Assembly (NCBI GenBank): GCA_037447605.1
Contig: CM074809.1
Span: 3,772,689-3,836,688, forward strand
DNA: 64,000 bases
Reading direction: 5' to 3'
Source of the DNA: Zygnema circumcarinatum SAG 698-1b
Lineage: Eukaryota; Plantae; Zygnematophyceae
Both the position numbers and the translations under genes were made by a program. Numbering within the stretch: the stretch's first letter is position 1; each line of letters begins with the position of its first letter. Positions 11,641 through 23,048 of the stretch are shown piece by piece. The notes beneath the pieces were generated by a model. The model searched no databases. It saw only the letters and a list, made by a program, of their open reading frames with translations, and was not told the DNA's origin.

Positions 11641-12429
11641 TAGGCACTCGCTCGTAAGTTTGAGGAGATGACTTTCTCGGTGGGATGGCCTTCATGCTCA
11701 AGGAAGTACACTTTCACTTCCCACTTCCCCTGTCTTCCTTACACTCTTATCTCTTCCAAAAAAGAAGGAAGCGGAAGGGAAAAAAAATGAAGCTGTAGGG
11801 TTACAGAACCAGAAAAACGGGGGCATGCAATTGATAAGGCATTGCAATCCGTCATCAAAGTCTGCTCGTTAAGTTCCTCTTCTTACGTCCAAACATTTGA
11901 TCCTTTCCTGAGTGAAGGGTTCATAGGTTTCCCAACTAGCCTTTCATTTGAAGTGAAATGCTGAACACGAACAGCCCATGTCCTTTTTAACCTGAAGGTA
12001 TTTATTAATATATTTCATACATTTCCAGGTGGATCTAATAACTCAGTACCGTGCTAATATTTCATGTGTTTACGCGAGGGTGAAGTGTTTCAAGAGAGCA
12101 ACAAAAGTTGGACCTTCAATCGAATTCTTTAAATTCGAAACTTGAAAACAGCAATTACTCTAATGTCCACGAGGAAGTTCAGACGATCTACCGTCAATGA
12201 GAATCTGAAAAGAATTTCATTTATGCATAAAGCTGAATGAATCATTTGAACTATGTAATAAGAGGGCCCAAAGCTCACGACAGAAATCTCAGGCAGAAAC
12301 AAAAAATCCAATAAAAAAGTGTGAGCTTTCTAACAGATACCCATCCTAAATGCAGCATGCTTCCATGCCGATCGAAATCAGCTCTGTTTTGCACCTACAC
12401 ACATGCTTCCGTCCGCATCTGGTCTCACT

Positions 12430-12625
12430 CACTCACTCCCTCCCTCCTCCTCCTCCTCTCCTCCTCCTCCTCCTCCTCTCCCTCTCCCTCTCCCTCCCTC
12501 CCCCTCCCCCTCCCTCCCTCCTCCTCCCTCCCTCCTCCCTCCCCTCCCCCTCTCCCTCCTCCTCCCTCCCCCTCCCCCTCCCTCCCTCCCCTCCCCCTCC
12601 CTCCCCCCTCCCTCCTCCCTCCCCA
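12430..12625. repeat. Polypyrimidine (CCCTCC-like) low-complexity tract
   Basis: Pure C/T run. Confidence 0.9.
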
Positions 12626-12720
12626 GTGAAGACACAATCGCAATAATTATCAAATAAAGTACACATCGATGCCAGTACGTGTGAAAAGCATGGAGGGAAT
12701 GTATGGGAGAGATTAGTCAC

Positions 12721-13248
12721 CATCACGCCTGAGAAGTAGATGGAAGTTACGACATAAAGGGCAACGAAGGAGCTCGCATCAGTGAGAGGTAGGAAACAGG
12801 CCTGCATGCATCCCGTAACAATTGTCAGAATTCATGCTTCTAAATATTTCTCTAAAGCGGTTTATACAACTTAATTACGGCTTCAAAATTAAAAAAAATC
12901 TCAACCTTCAAAACAGCTCAGATGATGCGTAGGACCGCATCACATCTTCCAGAAACAGATGAACGCATTGAATGAATGAACAGCAGGAATGAACAGGTGA
13001 ATGAATGGTTAACTTTTGAACTAGTGGTGTGGAATCTGGCTTCCAAGGAAGGAGAGGGAGAGGGAGAGGGAGAGGGAGAGGGAGAGGGAGAGGGAGAGGG
13101 AGAGGAAGAGGGAGAGGTTGAACATACGATAATGCCAGCCGGTACAAGAAAAGCGCAAATGTGGATATCCATGAAGTAGGAGGGCCAGGTGGGCGGCTGA
13201 TGCTCGCTCACACTCGCAATGATGGGAATGTACTTGCTCGCAGACTTA
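12721..13248 (-). pseudogene. STT3A (fragment): Orphan two-exon fragment of oligosaccharyltransferase catalytic subunit STT3A
   Basis: Exons 13128-13248 ([38 protein letters not shown]) and 12721-12801 (ACFLPLTDASSFVALYVVTSIYFSGVM) splice in frame and contain the STT3 SVSEH motif. No other STT3 exons recognised nearby. Confidence 0.8.
13051..13116. repeat. (GAGGGA)n microsatellite in the STT3A-fragment intron
   Basis: About 11 hexamer units. Confidence 0.9.
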
Positions 13249-14564
13249 CTGCTCATACAAAAAAAAAAAAAACTCAAAGTTCTCGAAAAACACCAACATA
13301 TTCCCCTCTGAAAATGTTCAATAGTTTTACTTAAGAAAAAAGGAAATTCCCATGCGCTGATCCACGTGAATTCAGAGAGCAAAAGAGTAAAAGAGAAAGG
13401 TTTCAGAGAGAACACAGGAGAGAGAGGGAACGTGTCCTAGAAGAGAGCGGAATGGAGCGACGGGTTGAGAGGCAGAAGGAGAGAACTCTGACAGATTGGC
13501 AACGGCGGGGGAGGATGGAATGGAGATGAGAGGGAGGCAGAGAGTCAAGGGAGTGAAAGCTGGTCGAGACATTGAGCATTTACCTGCGCATATGCTGCCA
13601 CTGCTGTTGCATTCAGCTTTCGAGCAGAATACTCCGCATTTTCTGCGATTGCAACAATCCCTGTTCCCGCGTTAAACAATGCATCAAAGCTACGCTGATG
13701 AGTTTTGAATAAATTTAGCTGTCCTCTACTCGTTGTCACAGGAACTCCTAAAATGCTGTTACCTGTTTGCAGGCCATAATGGCCAGCAAATAACCTTTGT
13801 ATGGAGCGCTGCAAAGGTAGAGGAAGGCAGAGAAAAATGGAAAATGGAACACACCACAGGAAAATGGAACACTCGGAGAACCCTTGATCCTTACATTGTA
13901 ACCAACAACAGACATCCACAGTGAAGAATTTGACATTGACAGTTAAAAATTAACATTCATTCAAGGAAGGTGGCGCAAAATTTACAAATTGCGAGTCTTG
14001 GCCCACTTATTGGACACAGCTTGACCTCCCCTTAAAGGTAAGCTGCGCCCAATAATGAATCCTACCTAAAAATGAAAAGAAAAGGTGCAACCCGAACCCT
14101 GAATCTTGACCAAATATGACCTTGACTCCAACCACCCACTATGGACACCTGCGCAAGAGAGAGAGTCTCTCTCTTTTGACGTCCTCTACAACAAAGGACC
14201 AAAAAAAAAAAAAAGTTTATGAAAAAAAAAAGAAAAAAACTTTTATCATCGCATTTGCACTTCACGACGACGAAGACAGAAGCTTTCTGACGAGGAGTGC
14301 AGATCGCTGCTATGGATCCAAAATGATTTCCTGCACAAGTAAAACAAAATTTTCTGTTAGAACTTACTCCTAAGTCAAGGATGTGAAAAAGCTGGAAAAA
14401 CAGTCATGCATTCTTTTAGTAAAAAGAGACAGCAAACCAGCTTTAATCCTCTGCAATAGTTAGAATTGAAACTCGATCAAGGAATTGAAGTCATACCTCT
14501 TTCATTTGTCGCCTTGCACCCTTCCAGCTACAGGCCTCGCCTCGTTCGCTTATGAGATGTGCCC

Positions 14565-15914
14565 TTAACTTTTGTGGGCGGGCACCCAGAGGTGCTCGCC
14601 TGTGGTGTGGGCGGGCACCCAGAGGTGCTCGCCTGTGGTGTGGGCGGGCACCCAGAGGTGCTCGCCTGTGGGCGGGCACCAAGGGGTGCTCGCCTGTGGT
14701 GTGGGCGGGCACCCAGAGGTGCTCGCCTGTGGTGTGGGCGGGCACCCAGAGGTGCTCGCCTGTGGTGTTGGCGGGCACCCAGAGGTGCTCGCCTGTGGTG
14801 TGGGCGGGCACCCAGAGGTGCTCGCCTGTGGTGTGGACTGATACGTGTCTGTCGGCACCCAGTTGTGCCCTAACCATTGTGGCACGAAATATTGGTCGGG
14901 CGGGGACTCCAACTCGAGCGGCGGCCACTGTGCCGGGCCAGAGATCGACGACCAATCCCGCACGGGCGGCGGCAGCGGCGGGAGCTCCTCGATCCCGCGA
15001 ATCCTGACCACGGCTTGCGCCACTTCGAGGTGTCCGAGGTAGTCGTCGGCGGGATTCACCATGTACGGCACGCGCCAATGGGAGAGCAGGAACTGGATCT
15101 GGTTCAACGTCAACCCCCGCAGCGCCTGCTCGGGGGACAGCGGCATCTTGGGGAGTGTGCGGATATTGCGTACCCACACAACCATCCGCGCGATGCGTCG
15201 GTGCGCGGTGAGATCGTGAGGGGAGGCGTCGTACGGCAACTCCCAAAACGCCAACAGAAACTTCAATTGATTCAGAGCGAGGGCGTCCAACACTCGCCAG
15301 CGCGCCTGGAGGGAGGCGCGCTCCAGCTCCTCCTTGGTCCGCGGGGCGGCGGAAGCAGGCGCAGGCGCCGCAACACGCGCGGGGCCTGTTCACAGCACAA
15401 ACCAAGAACCAACCATGCCAGGACAGGACTTAGCAAAATCTTAACAACCGATCTCAATCTCTTGGTCAACTTAGTAAGCCAAAGGAAGGGATGAGCACTC
15501 ACCAGCTTTCATCCATTGTGGCAAGCCAATGATAGGCGACCATTTGGGTGGCGGCAGCAGCGGGAGCTCCTGAATGCCGCGAAATCTGATGACTGACCGC
15601 GCCACATCCCGGTGTGCGGCCAAGTCGTCCGATCGTTTGACTAAGTACGGCACCTTCCAGTAGGAGAGCAAAAACTGGATCTGGTTCAGGGCCAGGTGGT
15701 CCAGCTTCTGCTCGGGGGAGAGCGGCAGCTTCGGGAGGGTCTCGATCCCGCGGAACAATACTACCATGCGCGCCACCCGGCGGTGGGCGGCGAGGTCGGT
15801 GGGGGGCACGCTGTACGGCACCGCCCAGAATGCTAGAAGGAACTTCAACTGATTCAGCGCGAGGGAGTCCAGGACCTTCCAACGCGCCTGCAGGGAGGCG
15901 GCCTCGACAGCCAT
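14565..15914 (-). CDS. Uncharacterised 410-aa protein with four ~56-aa helical repeats and a minisatellite-encoded C-terminal tail (2 exons)
   Basis: ORFs 15471-15914 and 14565-15293 join in frame through intron 15386-15502 (GTGAGT donor, AACAG acceptor). Repeat consensus L..L.LNQ..FLL..W..PY.....D...H...A..V...R.I..LP..P. Confidence 0.8.
14574..14836. repeat. Coding minisatellite: 8 units of 33 bp, one shortened to 28 bp
   Basis: GGCACC recurs at 14581, 14614, 14647, 14675, 14708, 14741, 14774 and 14807. Confidence 0.95.
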
Positions 15915-16096
15915 GGCGGCGGCGGCGGCGGAGGAGCGGAGAGAAGCGAGAGGGGACGAGAAGGCGAGAGGACAGAGAGAGAATGACCAGGATTGGAAGG
16001 GCGTCTCAGTTTAATACGGCCCGGGACAGGACGTCACGTGACGCGTCGTGACGGAACCTCAACGGGGAATGCGGGGAACGCGGGGAATTTGACGTT

Positions 16097-16923
16097 GGTA
16101 GTGTTATTTCTACCCCTTTTTTGGATCCAAAACACCCGTTCCCGGCGGGGCAGATTTCAAAAAGGATAAAAAGGGAAAGGGCAAGGAAAAAGGAAAAGGA
16201 AAGGCCTGCCCGAATCCGCTCGGGCGGAAGATCCGTCCGCGACGAGATCGTTCGCGGGTGTCCGTCCTTCACACGTGCGGCCAATCTCAGCCGTCGGCTC
16301 CCTCGCAGATCGCACCACGGCAGATGACCGTTCGATCTTCAGCCGGGCTCGGTCCCAGCGAATGACACGAGCCCAAGTATCCCGCCAAAGCCGTCTCAAA
16401 AGTGGATCCGTACAAACGTTGTACCATCACAACTTCGAGGAAACGCAAAATTTTGTAACATATTGCGAAATTTCTCCAATCAAAATTTGCCACGTCAAAA
16501 ACTATACCACGTGGCAGAATGTGATTGGCTGGAGGTTGACAATGGCGAGCCGCCGCAGGCTGGCCGGTCCAGCTCAAAAATTTCAGGGAGATCTTGGGCC
16601 GAGGGACGCGCGCATTCGCGTGTCATACGGATTTGACGAGACACGTGGGCGCTTACCATTCGCTGGGATGGGGCCCGGCAGATCACATCGTGATCCGCCG
16701 TGGTGCGATATGCGAGGGAGCCGACGGCTGCGATTGGCCAGACGTGTGAAGGACGGACACCCGCGAACGATCTCGTCGCGGACGGATCTTCCGCCCGGGC
16801 GGATTCGGGCAGGCCTTTCCTTTTCCTTTTTCCTTGCCCTTTCCCTTTTTATCCGTTTCGAAATCTGCCCGTCCGGGAAGGGGTGTTTCGATCCAAAAAA
16901 GCGGTAAAAAAAAAACACTACCC
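16097..16923. mobile_element. Non-autonomous Mutator-like (MULE) element with ~300-bp terminal inverted repeats
   Basis: 16097-~16396 is the reverse complement of ~16626-16923 (ends GGTAGTGTT...AACACTACCC). Flanked by the 9-bp near-direct repeat TTTGACGTT (16088-16096) / TTTGACATT (16924-16932). No transposase. Confidence 0.85.
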
Positions 16924-17165
16924 TTTGACATTTGACATGACATTGATGTCGGTGGGCATTCATTGCGTCCCCCTTGGTACGGCCCGGCACGGCACGGCAC
17001 GGGACGTCCCCTTCCCGCATGCCAAAAATGTCGGTGAGCTTTTTGGCGAGGGCAAGCGCGCCACTTGGCGGCGTGCGTTCGGAATCGCCAAAGCGCATCG
17101 ATTCGATGGCGGCCTCCGATTGGCCGATGCCCAGGAATCGGCGGCACTTTGTCGTCGGGTGGGGG

Positions 17166-17597
17166 CTAGGGTTGGGGGCACGGGGCACGGGCATGCCCGG
17201 GGGGGGGGCATGCCCCCCATTTTTGACCGTCCGTGCCCGGGGCACGCCTCCAAAAATTTTCCCCATGTATTTCGTGCCCCCCCGTGCCCCCTGTCACGTG
17301 ACGCTTACCTCGTACGACCAGGCCCGGGCCGGTGACGATTGTTGTGTTGAGTACTGTCCGTACTTTTCATATTTTCCCGTACATGTGTACCTTTATCCGT
17401 ACGTTTAGTACATTCATCTGTACTTTCTGTACCTTCATCCGTACCGTTTTTAAAATAGTATATTCTTTTTGGGGCCGATTTGAATTGCTCAATGCAGTCA
17501 CGTCACGGGGCACGAAAAAGGGGCATGCCCCCCCCCAAGGGGGGGGGGCACGTGCCCCTGGGCACGGGTCGGAGGGGGACCGTGCCCCCAACCCTAG
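17166..17597. repeat. Degenerate GC-rich inverted arms around an AT-rich GTAC tandem array (MITE-like)
   Basis: CTAGGGTTGGGGGCACGG (17166-17183) pairs with 17580-17597. tttcgtgcccc pairs with ggggcacgaaa. Nine GTAC in 17351-17444. Confidence 0.6.
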
Positions 17598-18240
17598 TGG
17601 GGGCGCGCGTGCACGCCGGAACGGCAATGTCAGAGATCGGACGACTGATTGAACGCCACATGGATTCAAGTTTTATCAACGGGCGCTCCGGACCGTCCGT
17701 ATAGTGCGACGACCTTCTCACAGGTCCCGACACGCGTCACGTGGCCAAGCGGGCGGCAGGTCTAGCGAGGGCTCCACGTGTTATCACGGCTACGCGGTGG
17801 TCCCACGGCGAGCGGACGACACGTCAGCAGTATCCCTAACGGCTGATCGGATGGTGCATCGTCATCCTCCGACGGCCATCGACGGTCGATAGCCGGGAAG
17901 GGGTCCGGGACGCGCCAGATAGGATGGCGCCATCATGATCGCGCGTGTAAAGGCGGGCGCGCAATGGCAGACAGCTCCAGCAAAAGAGGGGAGGCATCGC
18001 ACGTGTGGATTTGCCTTGCCATGTCAGCCCTAGAGTCACGCTAGCTGTGGCTCTGGCCGGCCAAGAGGGAGCCGGGCGACTGGAACTGGCATGAATAGCC
18101 CGGACTGGAACTGGACGTGCAACAGAGCACGACCACGCGCACGGACACGCACACAGAGCGAGCGCTCTCGAGGAGAATCGCCGCCACTCCTCCCGCCGCC
18201 TGAATCCCGTCTCGGGGAGACGCCCGCAACGCACCCGCCC

Positions 18241-21200
18241 AAGGGAGGGGAAGGGAGGGGAAGGGAGGGGAAGGGAGGGGAAGGGAGGGGAAGGGAGGGG
18301 AAAGGGAGGGGAAGGGAGGGGAAGGGAGGGGAAGGGAGGGGAAGGGAGGGGAAGGGAGGGGAAGGGAGGGGAGGGGAAGGGAGGGGAAGGGAAGGGGAAG
18401 GGAGGAACGGAACGGAAAGAAGGGGAAGGGAGGGAAGGGAGGGAAGGGAGGAAGGGAGGGAAGGGAGGGGAGGGGAGGAAGGAATGGAAGGAATGGAAGG
18501 GAAAGGAAGGAGGGAAGGAGGGAAGGGAGGGAAGGGAGGATGGGAGGGAAGGGAGGGAAGGGAGGGAAGGGAGGGGAAGGGAGTTGAAGGGAGGGGAAGG
18601 GAGGGGAAGGGAGGGGAAGGGGGGGGGTAGGGAGGGGAAGGGAGGGGAAAGTAGGGGAAGGGGAAGGGAGGGGAAAGGGAGGGGAAGGGAGGGGAAGGGA
18701 GGGGAAGGGAGGGGGAGGGGAAGGGAGAAGGGAAGGGAGGGGAGGGGAGGGAGGGAAGGGAGGGGAAGGGAGGGGAAAGGGGGGAGGGGAAGGGAGGGGA
18801 AGGGAGGGGAAGGGAGGGGAAGGGAGGGGAAGGGAGGGGAAGGGAGCGGAGGGGAAGGGAGGGGAAGGGAAGTGAGGAGAAGGGAGGGGAAGGGAGCGGA
18901 AGGGAGCGGAGGGGAAGGGAGGGGAAGGGTGGGGAAGGGGAAGGGAGGGGAAGGGAGGGGAAGGGAGGGGAAGGGAGGGGAAGGGAGGGGAAGGGAGGGG
19001 AAGGGAGGGGAAGGGAGGGGAAGGGGGGAAGGGATGGGAAGGGAGGGGAGGGAGGGAAGGGAGGGGAGGGGGGGGGAGGGGAAGGGAGAAGATGGGAGGG
19101 GAAGGGAGAGGAGGGGAAGGGAATGGAAGGGAGGGGAAGGGAGGGGAAGGGAGGGGAGCGGAGGGGAAGGGAGGGGAAGGGAGGGGAAGGAGGAGAAGGG
19201 AGGGGAAGGGGGAAGGGAGGGGAAGGGAGGGGAAGGGTGGGGGGGAAGGGGAAGGGAGGGGAAGGGGGGAAGGGAGGGGAAGGGAGGGGAAGGGAGGGGA
19301 AGGGAGGGGAAGGGAGGGGAAGGGAGGGGAAGGGAGGGGAAGGGAGGGGAAGGTCGGGGAAGGGAGGGGAAGGGAGGGGAAGGGAGGGGAAGGGAGGGGA
19401 AGGGGGGTAGAAGGGAGGGGAAGGGAGAGGAGGGGAGCGGAGGGGAGCGGACGGCAGGGGACGGCAGGGGACGGGAGGTGACGGCAGGGGACGGGGGGGA
19501 AGGGAGGGGAAGGGAGGGAAAGGAAGGGGAAGGGAGTTGAAGGGAGGGGAAGGGAGGGGAAGGGAGGGGTAGGGAGGGGAAGGGAGGGGAAGGGAGGGGA
19601 AGGTGAGGGGAAGGGAGGGGAAGGGAGGGGAAGGGAGGGGAAGGGAAGGGAAGGGAAGGAAGGGAGGGAAAGGGAGGGGAAGGGAGGGGAATGGAAGGGA
19701 GGGAAGGGAGGGGAAGGGAGGGGAAGGGAAGGGAGGGGAAGGGAGGGGGGGAGGGGAAGGGAGGGGAAGGGGTGGAAGGGAGGGGAAGGGGGAAGGGAGC
19801 GGAAGGGAGGGGAAGGGGGGGGAAGGGAGGGGAGGGGAAGGGAGGGGATGGGAGGGGAGGGGGGAAGGGAGGGGAAGGGAATGGAAGGGAGCGGACGGCA
19901 GGGGACGGCAGGGGACGGGAGGTGACGGCAGGGGACGGGGGGGAAGGGAGGGGAAGGGAGGGAAAGGAAGGGGAAGGGAGTTGAAGGGAGGGGAAGGGAG
20001 GGGTAGGGAGGGGAAGGGAGGGGAAAGTAGGGGAAGGGGAAGGGAGGGGAAGGTGAGGGGAAGGGAGGGGAAGGGAGGGGAAGGGAGGGGAAGGGTGGGG
20101 AAGGGAAGGGAAGCGAAGGGAGGGAAAGGGAGGGGAAGGGAGGGGAATGGAAGGGAGGGGAAGGGAGGGGAAGGGGGTAGAAGGGAGGGGAAGGGAGAGG
20201 AGGGGAGCGGAGGGGAGCGGACGGCAGGGGACGGCAGGGGACGGGAGGTGACGGCAGGGGACGGGGGGGAAGGGAGGGGAAGGGAGGGAAAGGAAGGGGA
20301 AGGGAGGGGAAGGGAGGGGTAGGGAGGGGAAGGGAGGGGTAGGGAGGGGAAGGGAGGGGAAAGTAGGGGAAGGGGAAGGGAGGGGAAGGTGAGGGGAAGG
20401 GAGGGGAAGGGGGTAGAAGGGAGGGGAAGGGAGCGGAAGGGAGCGGAGGGAAGGAGGGGAAGGTGTGGGGAAGGGAGGGAAGGGGAAGGAGGGGAAGGGA
20501 GGGAAGGAGGGAAGGAGGGAAGGAGGGGAAGCTGGAGGGGAAGGGAGTGGGAAGGGGGGTAGAAGGAGGGAAGGAGGGAAGGGAGGGGAAGGGAGGGGAA
20601 GGGAGAAGGGAGGGGAGCGGAAGGGAGGGGAAGGGGGGGAAGGGAGGGGAAGGGAGGGGAAGGGAGGCAATGGAAGGGAATGGAAGGGAGGGGAAGGGAG
20701 GGGAAGGGAGGGGAAGGGAGCGGAAGGGAGCGGAGGGGAAGGGAGGGGAAGGGAGGGGAAGGCAATGGAAGGGAATGGAAGGGAGGGAAGGGAGGGGGAG
20801 GAGAGGGAAGGAGCGGAAGGGATGGAGGGAAGGGAGGGAAGGGAGGGAAGTGAGGAGAAGGGAGGGGAACGGAGGGGAAGGGAGGGGAAGGGAGGGGAAG
20901 GGTGGGGAAGGGAGGGGAAGGTCGGGGAAGGGAGGGGAAGGTCGGGGAAGGGAGGGGAAGGAGGAAGGGGTAGAAGGAGGGAAGGGGTGGAGGGACCGGA
21001 GGGGAGCGGACGGCAGGGGACGGTAGGGGACGGAGGCATCTGGCAGGGGACGGGGGAAGGAGGGAAGGAGGGAAGGAAGGGAAGGGAGCTGAAGGAGGGA
21101 AGGAGGGTAGGAGGGAAGGTGATGGTGCTAGGGGAAGGGGAAGGGAGGGGAAGGTGAGGGGAAGGGAGGGGAAGGGAGGGGAAGGGAGGGGAAGGGTGGG

Positions 21201-21575
21201 GAAGGGAAGGGAAGCGAAGGGAGGGAAAGGGAGGGGAAGGGAGGGGAATGGAGGGGAAGGGAGGGGAAGGGAGGGAAATGGAGGGAAAGGGAGGGGAAGG
21301 GAGGGGAAGGGAGGGGAAGGGAGGGGAAGGGAGGGGAAGGGGGGAGAAGGGAGGGGAAGGGAGGGGAGGGGAGCGGAAGGGAGGGGAAGGGGGGTGATGG
21401 GAGGGGAAGGGAGGGGAGGGGAAGGGAGGGGATGGGAGCGGAAGGGATCGGAAGGGAGGAGAAGGGAGGAGAAGGGAGGGGAAGGGAGGGGAAGGGAGGG
21501 GAAGGGAGGGGAAGGGAGGGGAAGGGAGGGAGAAGGGAGGGGAAGGGAAGGGAAGGAAAGGGAGGGGAGGAAAAG
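18241..21575. repeat. 3.3-kb polypurine satellite, mainly (GGAAGGGAGG)n with higher-order duplicated blocks
   Basis: Almost purely A/G. The block acggcaggggacggcaggggacgggaggtgacggcagggg recurs near 19451, 19895 and 20221. Confidence 0.95.
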
Positions 21576-21693
21576 GAAATATCATTTTACATGATAAAAC
21601 AGAACGGGGCTTACCAGCGATATGACTCTCAGTAGCCGTCCATGCTTCCGGAAACTGAAAGCAGTAATGTAAAAACCTGAGTGTTTGCTGCAG

Positions 21694-22419
21694 GTGGGAG
21701 GTGAGTTGACGGAATTCATCATTGTACTTCGCAGCGGGGAGTCTGTGAAGGCATTTTGTGGCCGAGGCTATGTCTCCCTTGGAGCGGGGCTGAGTGTTGC
21801 AGTGGGTCCTGTAGGCCGCCATGCAGAAGCAGACCTTCGGCTAGGAGACGGAGGTGCTGCTCAATGTTTTTCGTACAGCTGCAGCAAAGGTGTTTGCGTT
21901 GGTGAAAACATTGAAGATTGGGACTAGGATCAGGCCTCTCTAGCGGGCCTTTGTTTGGTGTATCCCTCTGCCCCTGCATTGTGAGGGCTTCTTCACTTGC
22001 AGGTGATTGTAGATTGTAGTTTGCTTCGTTTCGTCGAGGCCTTTCCTAGAACATCAGGTGAAGGTCTGAAGCTAGGAACATGGAAGTCAGTTTGCCGTAG
22101 CTGCCTCCTGTCTTGTGATGTACGTGTCTTGTTGTTATTCCCATGCAGCAGGCATAGAGCGCAATGTTTCTGAGCAAGCACTGGGCGCTGCCGCCTGCAT
22201 GGTGCAGGCGCCTTTGTGGGCATCTCTATGGAGGGCAGCGTAGTCGCAACACGGGCGGAGGCGAACCGGCGGTTCTATGGCGAGCAGAGCACATCGGCAT
22301 CTGCCATCCTCCTCGGGGCCACTCCCTGCCCGCGCGCTGCAGCGCCCCTCTACGCCGCCCTCCAGGACCTCTTCTCCAAGCTGGAGGGCCCTCTTAGCTG
22401 CGATTCTGCCTACTTCTGA
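21694..22419 (+). CDS. Last two exons of a SYLF/Ysc84 actin-binding-domain protein (plant FYVE2/CFS1-like); 5' exons not found
   Basis: Exons 21694-21889 (VGGELTEFIIVL...SLGAGLSVAVGPVGRHAEAD...FSYSCSKG) and 22208-22419 (AFVGISMEGSVVATRAEANRRFYG...LYAAL) splice in frame. Confidence 0.8.
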
Positions 22420-22592
22420 TGGATGACAGGATGAGCCAGGTATCTCTCTCTCCCTCTCTCCTCCCTCTCTCGCTCTCATTCTCCCCCCTCACGACTCTCT
22501 GCCCCCAGTCCATCTAATCATCTCCTCACTCCTCTCTCCCTTCCCCGCTCCTTCTCTTATTGAAAGCAGAAGCAATGGCAAGTGCCGAGCAC

Positions 22593-23048
22593 CTGGCCAA
22601 TCATTTTTTCAGTATCCAGTGACCCAGCTCGCAAATGGTCTCCATTCTCTCTGCTCCTCGGGAATGAGATAGTCCGTCCAGAAGTACTGCACGTGAATTC
22701 AGAGAAACCCACAGTAAATTCTCATTAATCCTTCGCATTTTAATATTCCTTTCCAACACGTTTCCACTATTTTAAGTTTCTCTCCTGTCCCTCGCCCCCA
22801 ATTCTCCGCCTTCCCCCAGTTTTGGTTGAAAGCTACTTACAAGACCACCTGATGCTGGAAATGCCGATGATATTTCCCCCATGCTGAGGCCCACCAGGAG
22901 GGTCATGATGGAGACGAGGACCCATCCCCATATAACAACGGGAGGGCCTCCATCAAGCAGCGCTTCTCCATAGAGAGAGGTAGTTCCATTCAAAACGGAG
23001 AGGATGCTGAAGGAGAGGCCGAATGTGCCCCAAAATATGACCTTCTTC
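22593..23048 (-). pseudogene. BAT1/GABA-permease-like APC amino-acid transporter pseudogene fragment
   Basis: Exon 22841-~23048 reads FGLSFSILSVLNG...GGPPVVIWGW...SMGEISSAFPASGGL. Exon 22593-22686 reads YFWT...FASWVTGY, then TGA (22609-22611) and a frameshift before IGQ. No room for further exons. Confidence 0.8.

Noticed and set aside
13545-14200. Exon-like segments upstream of the STT3A fragment
   Set aside because: Splice-like ends are present, but frame and family could not be established, so they are not listed as a feature.
14574-14836. Possible CRISPR array
   Set aside because: Head-to-tail repeats without unique spacers, inside a spliced eukaryotic CDS, and no cas genes.
16006-17733. 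Many overlapping ORFs in the inverted-repeat region
   Set aside because: GC-rich TIR sequence mirrored on both strands. No transposase or other motif.
17836-21822. 1328-aa and 909-aa Pro/Ser-rich 'extensin-like' ORFs and the opposite-strand G/E/R ORFs
   Set aside because: By-products of a stop-free purine satellite that is open in several frames. No signal peptide and no codon structure.
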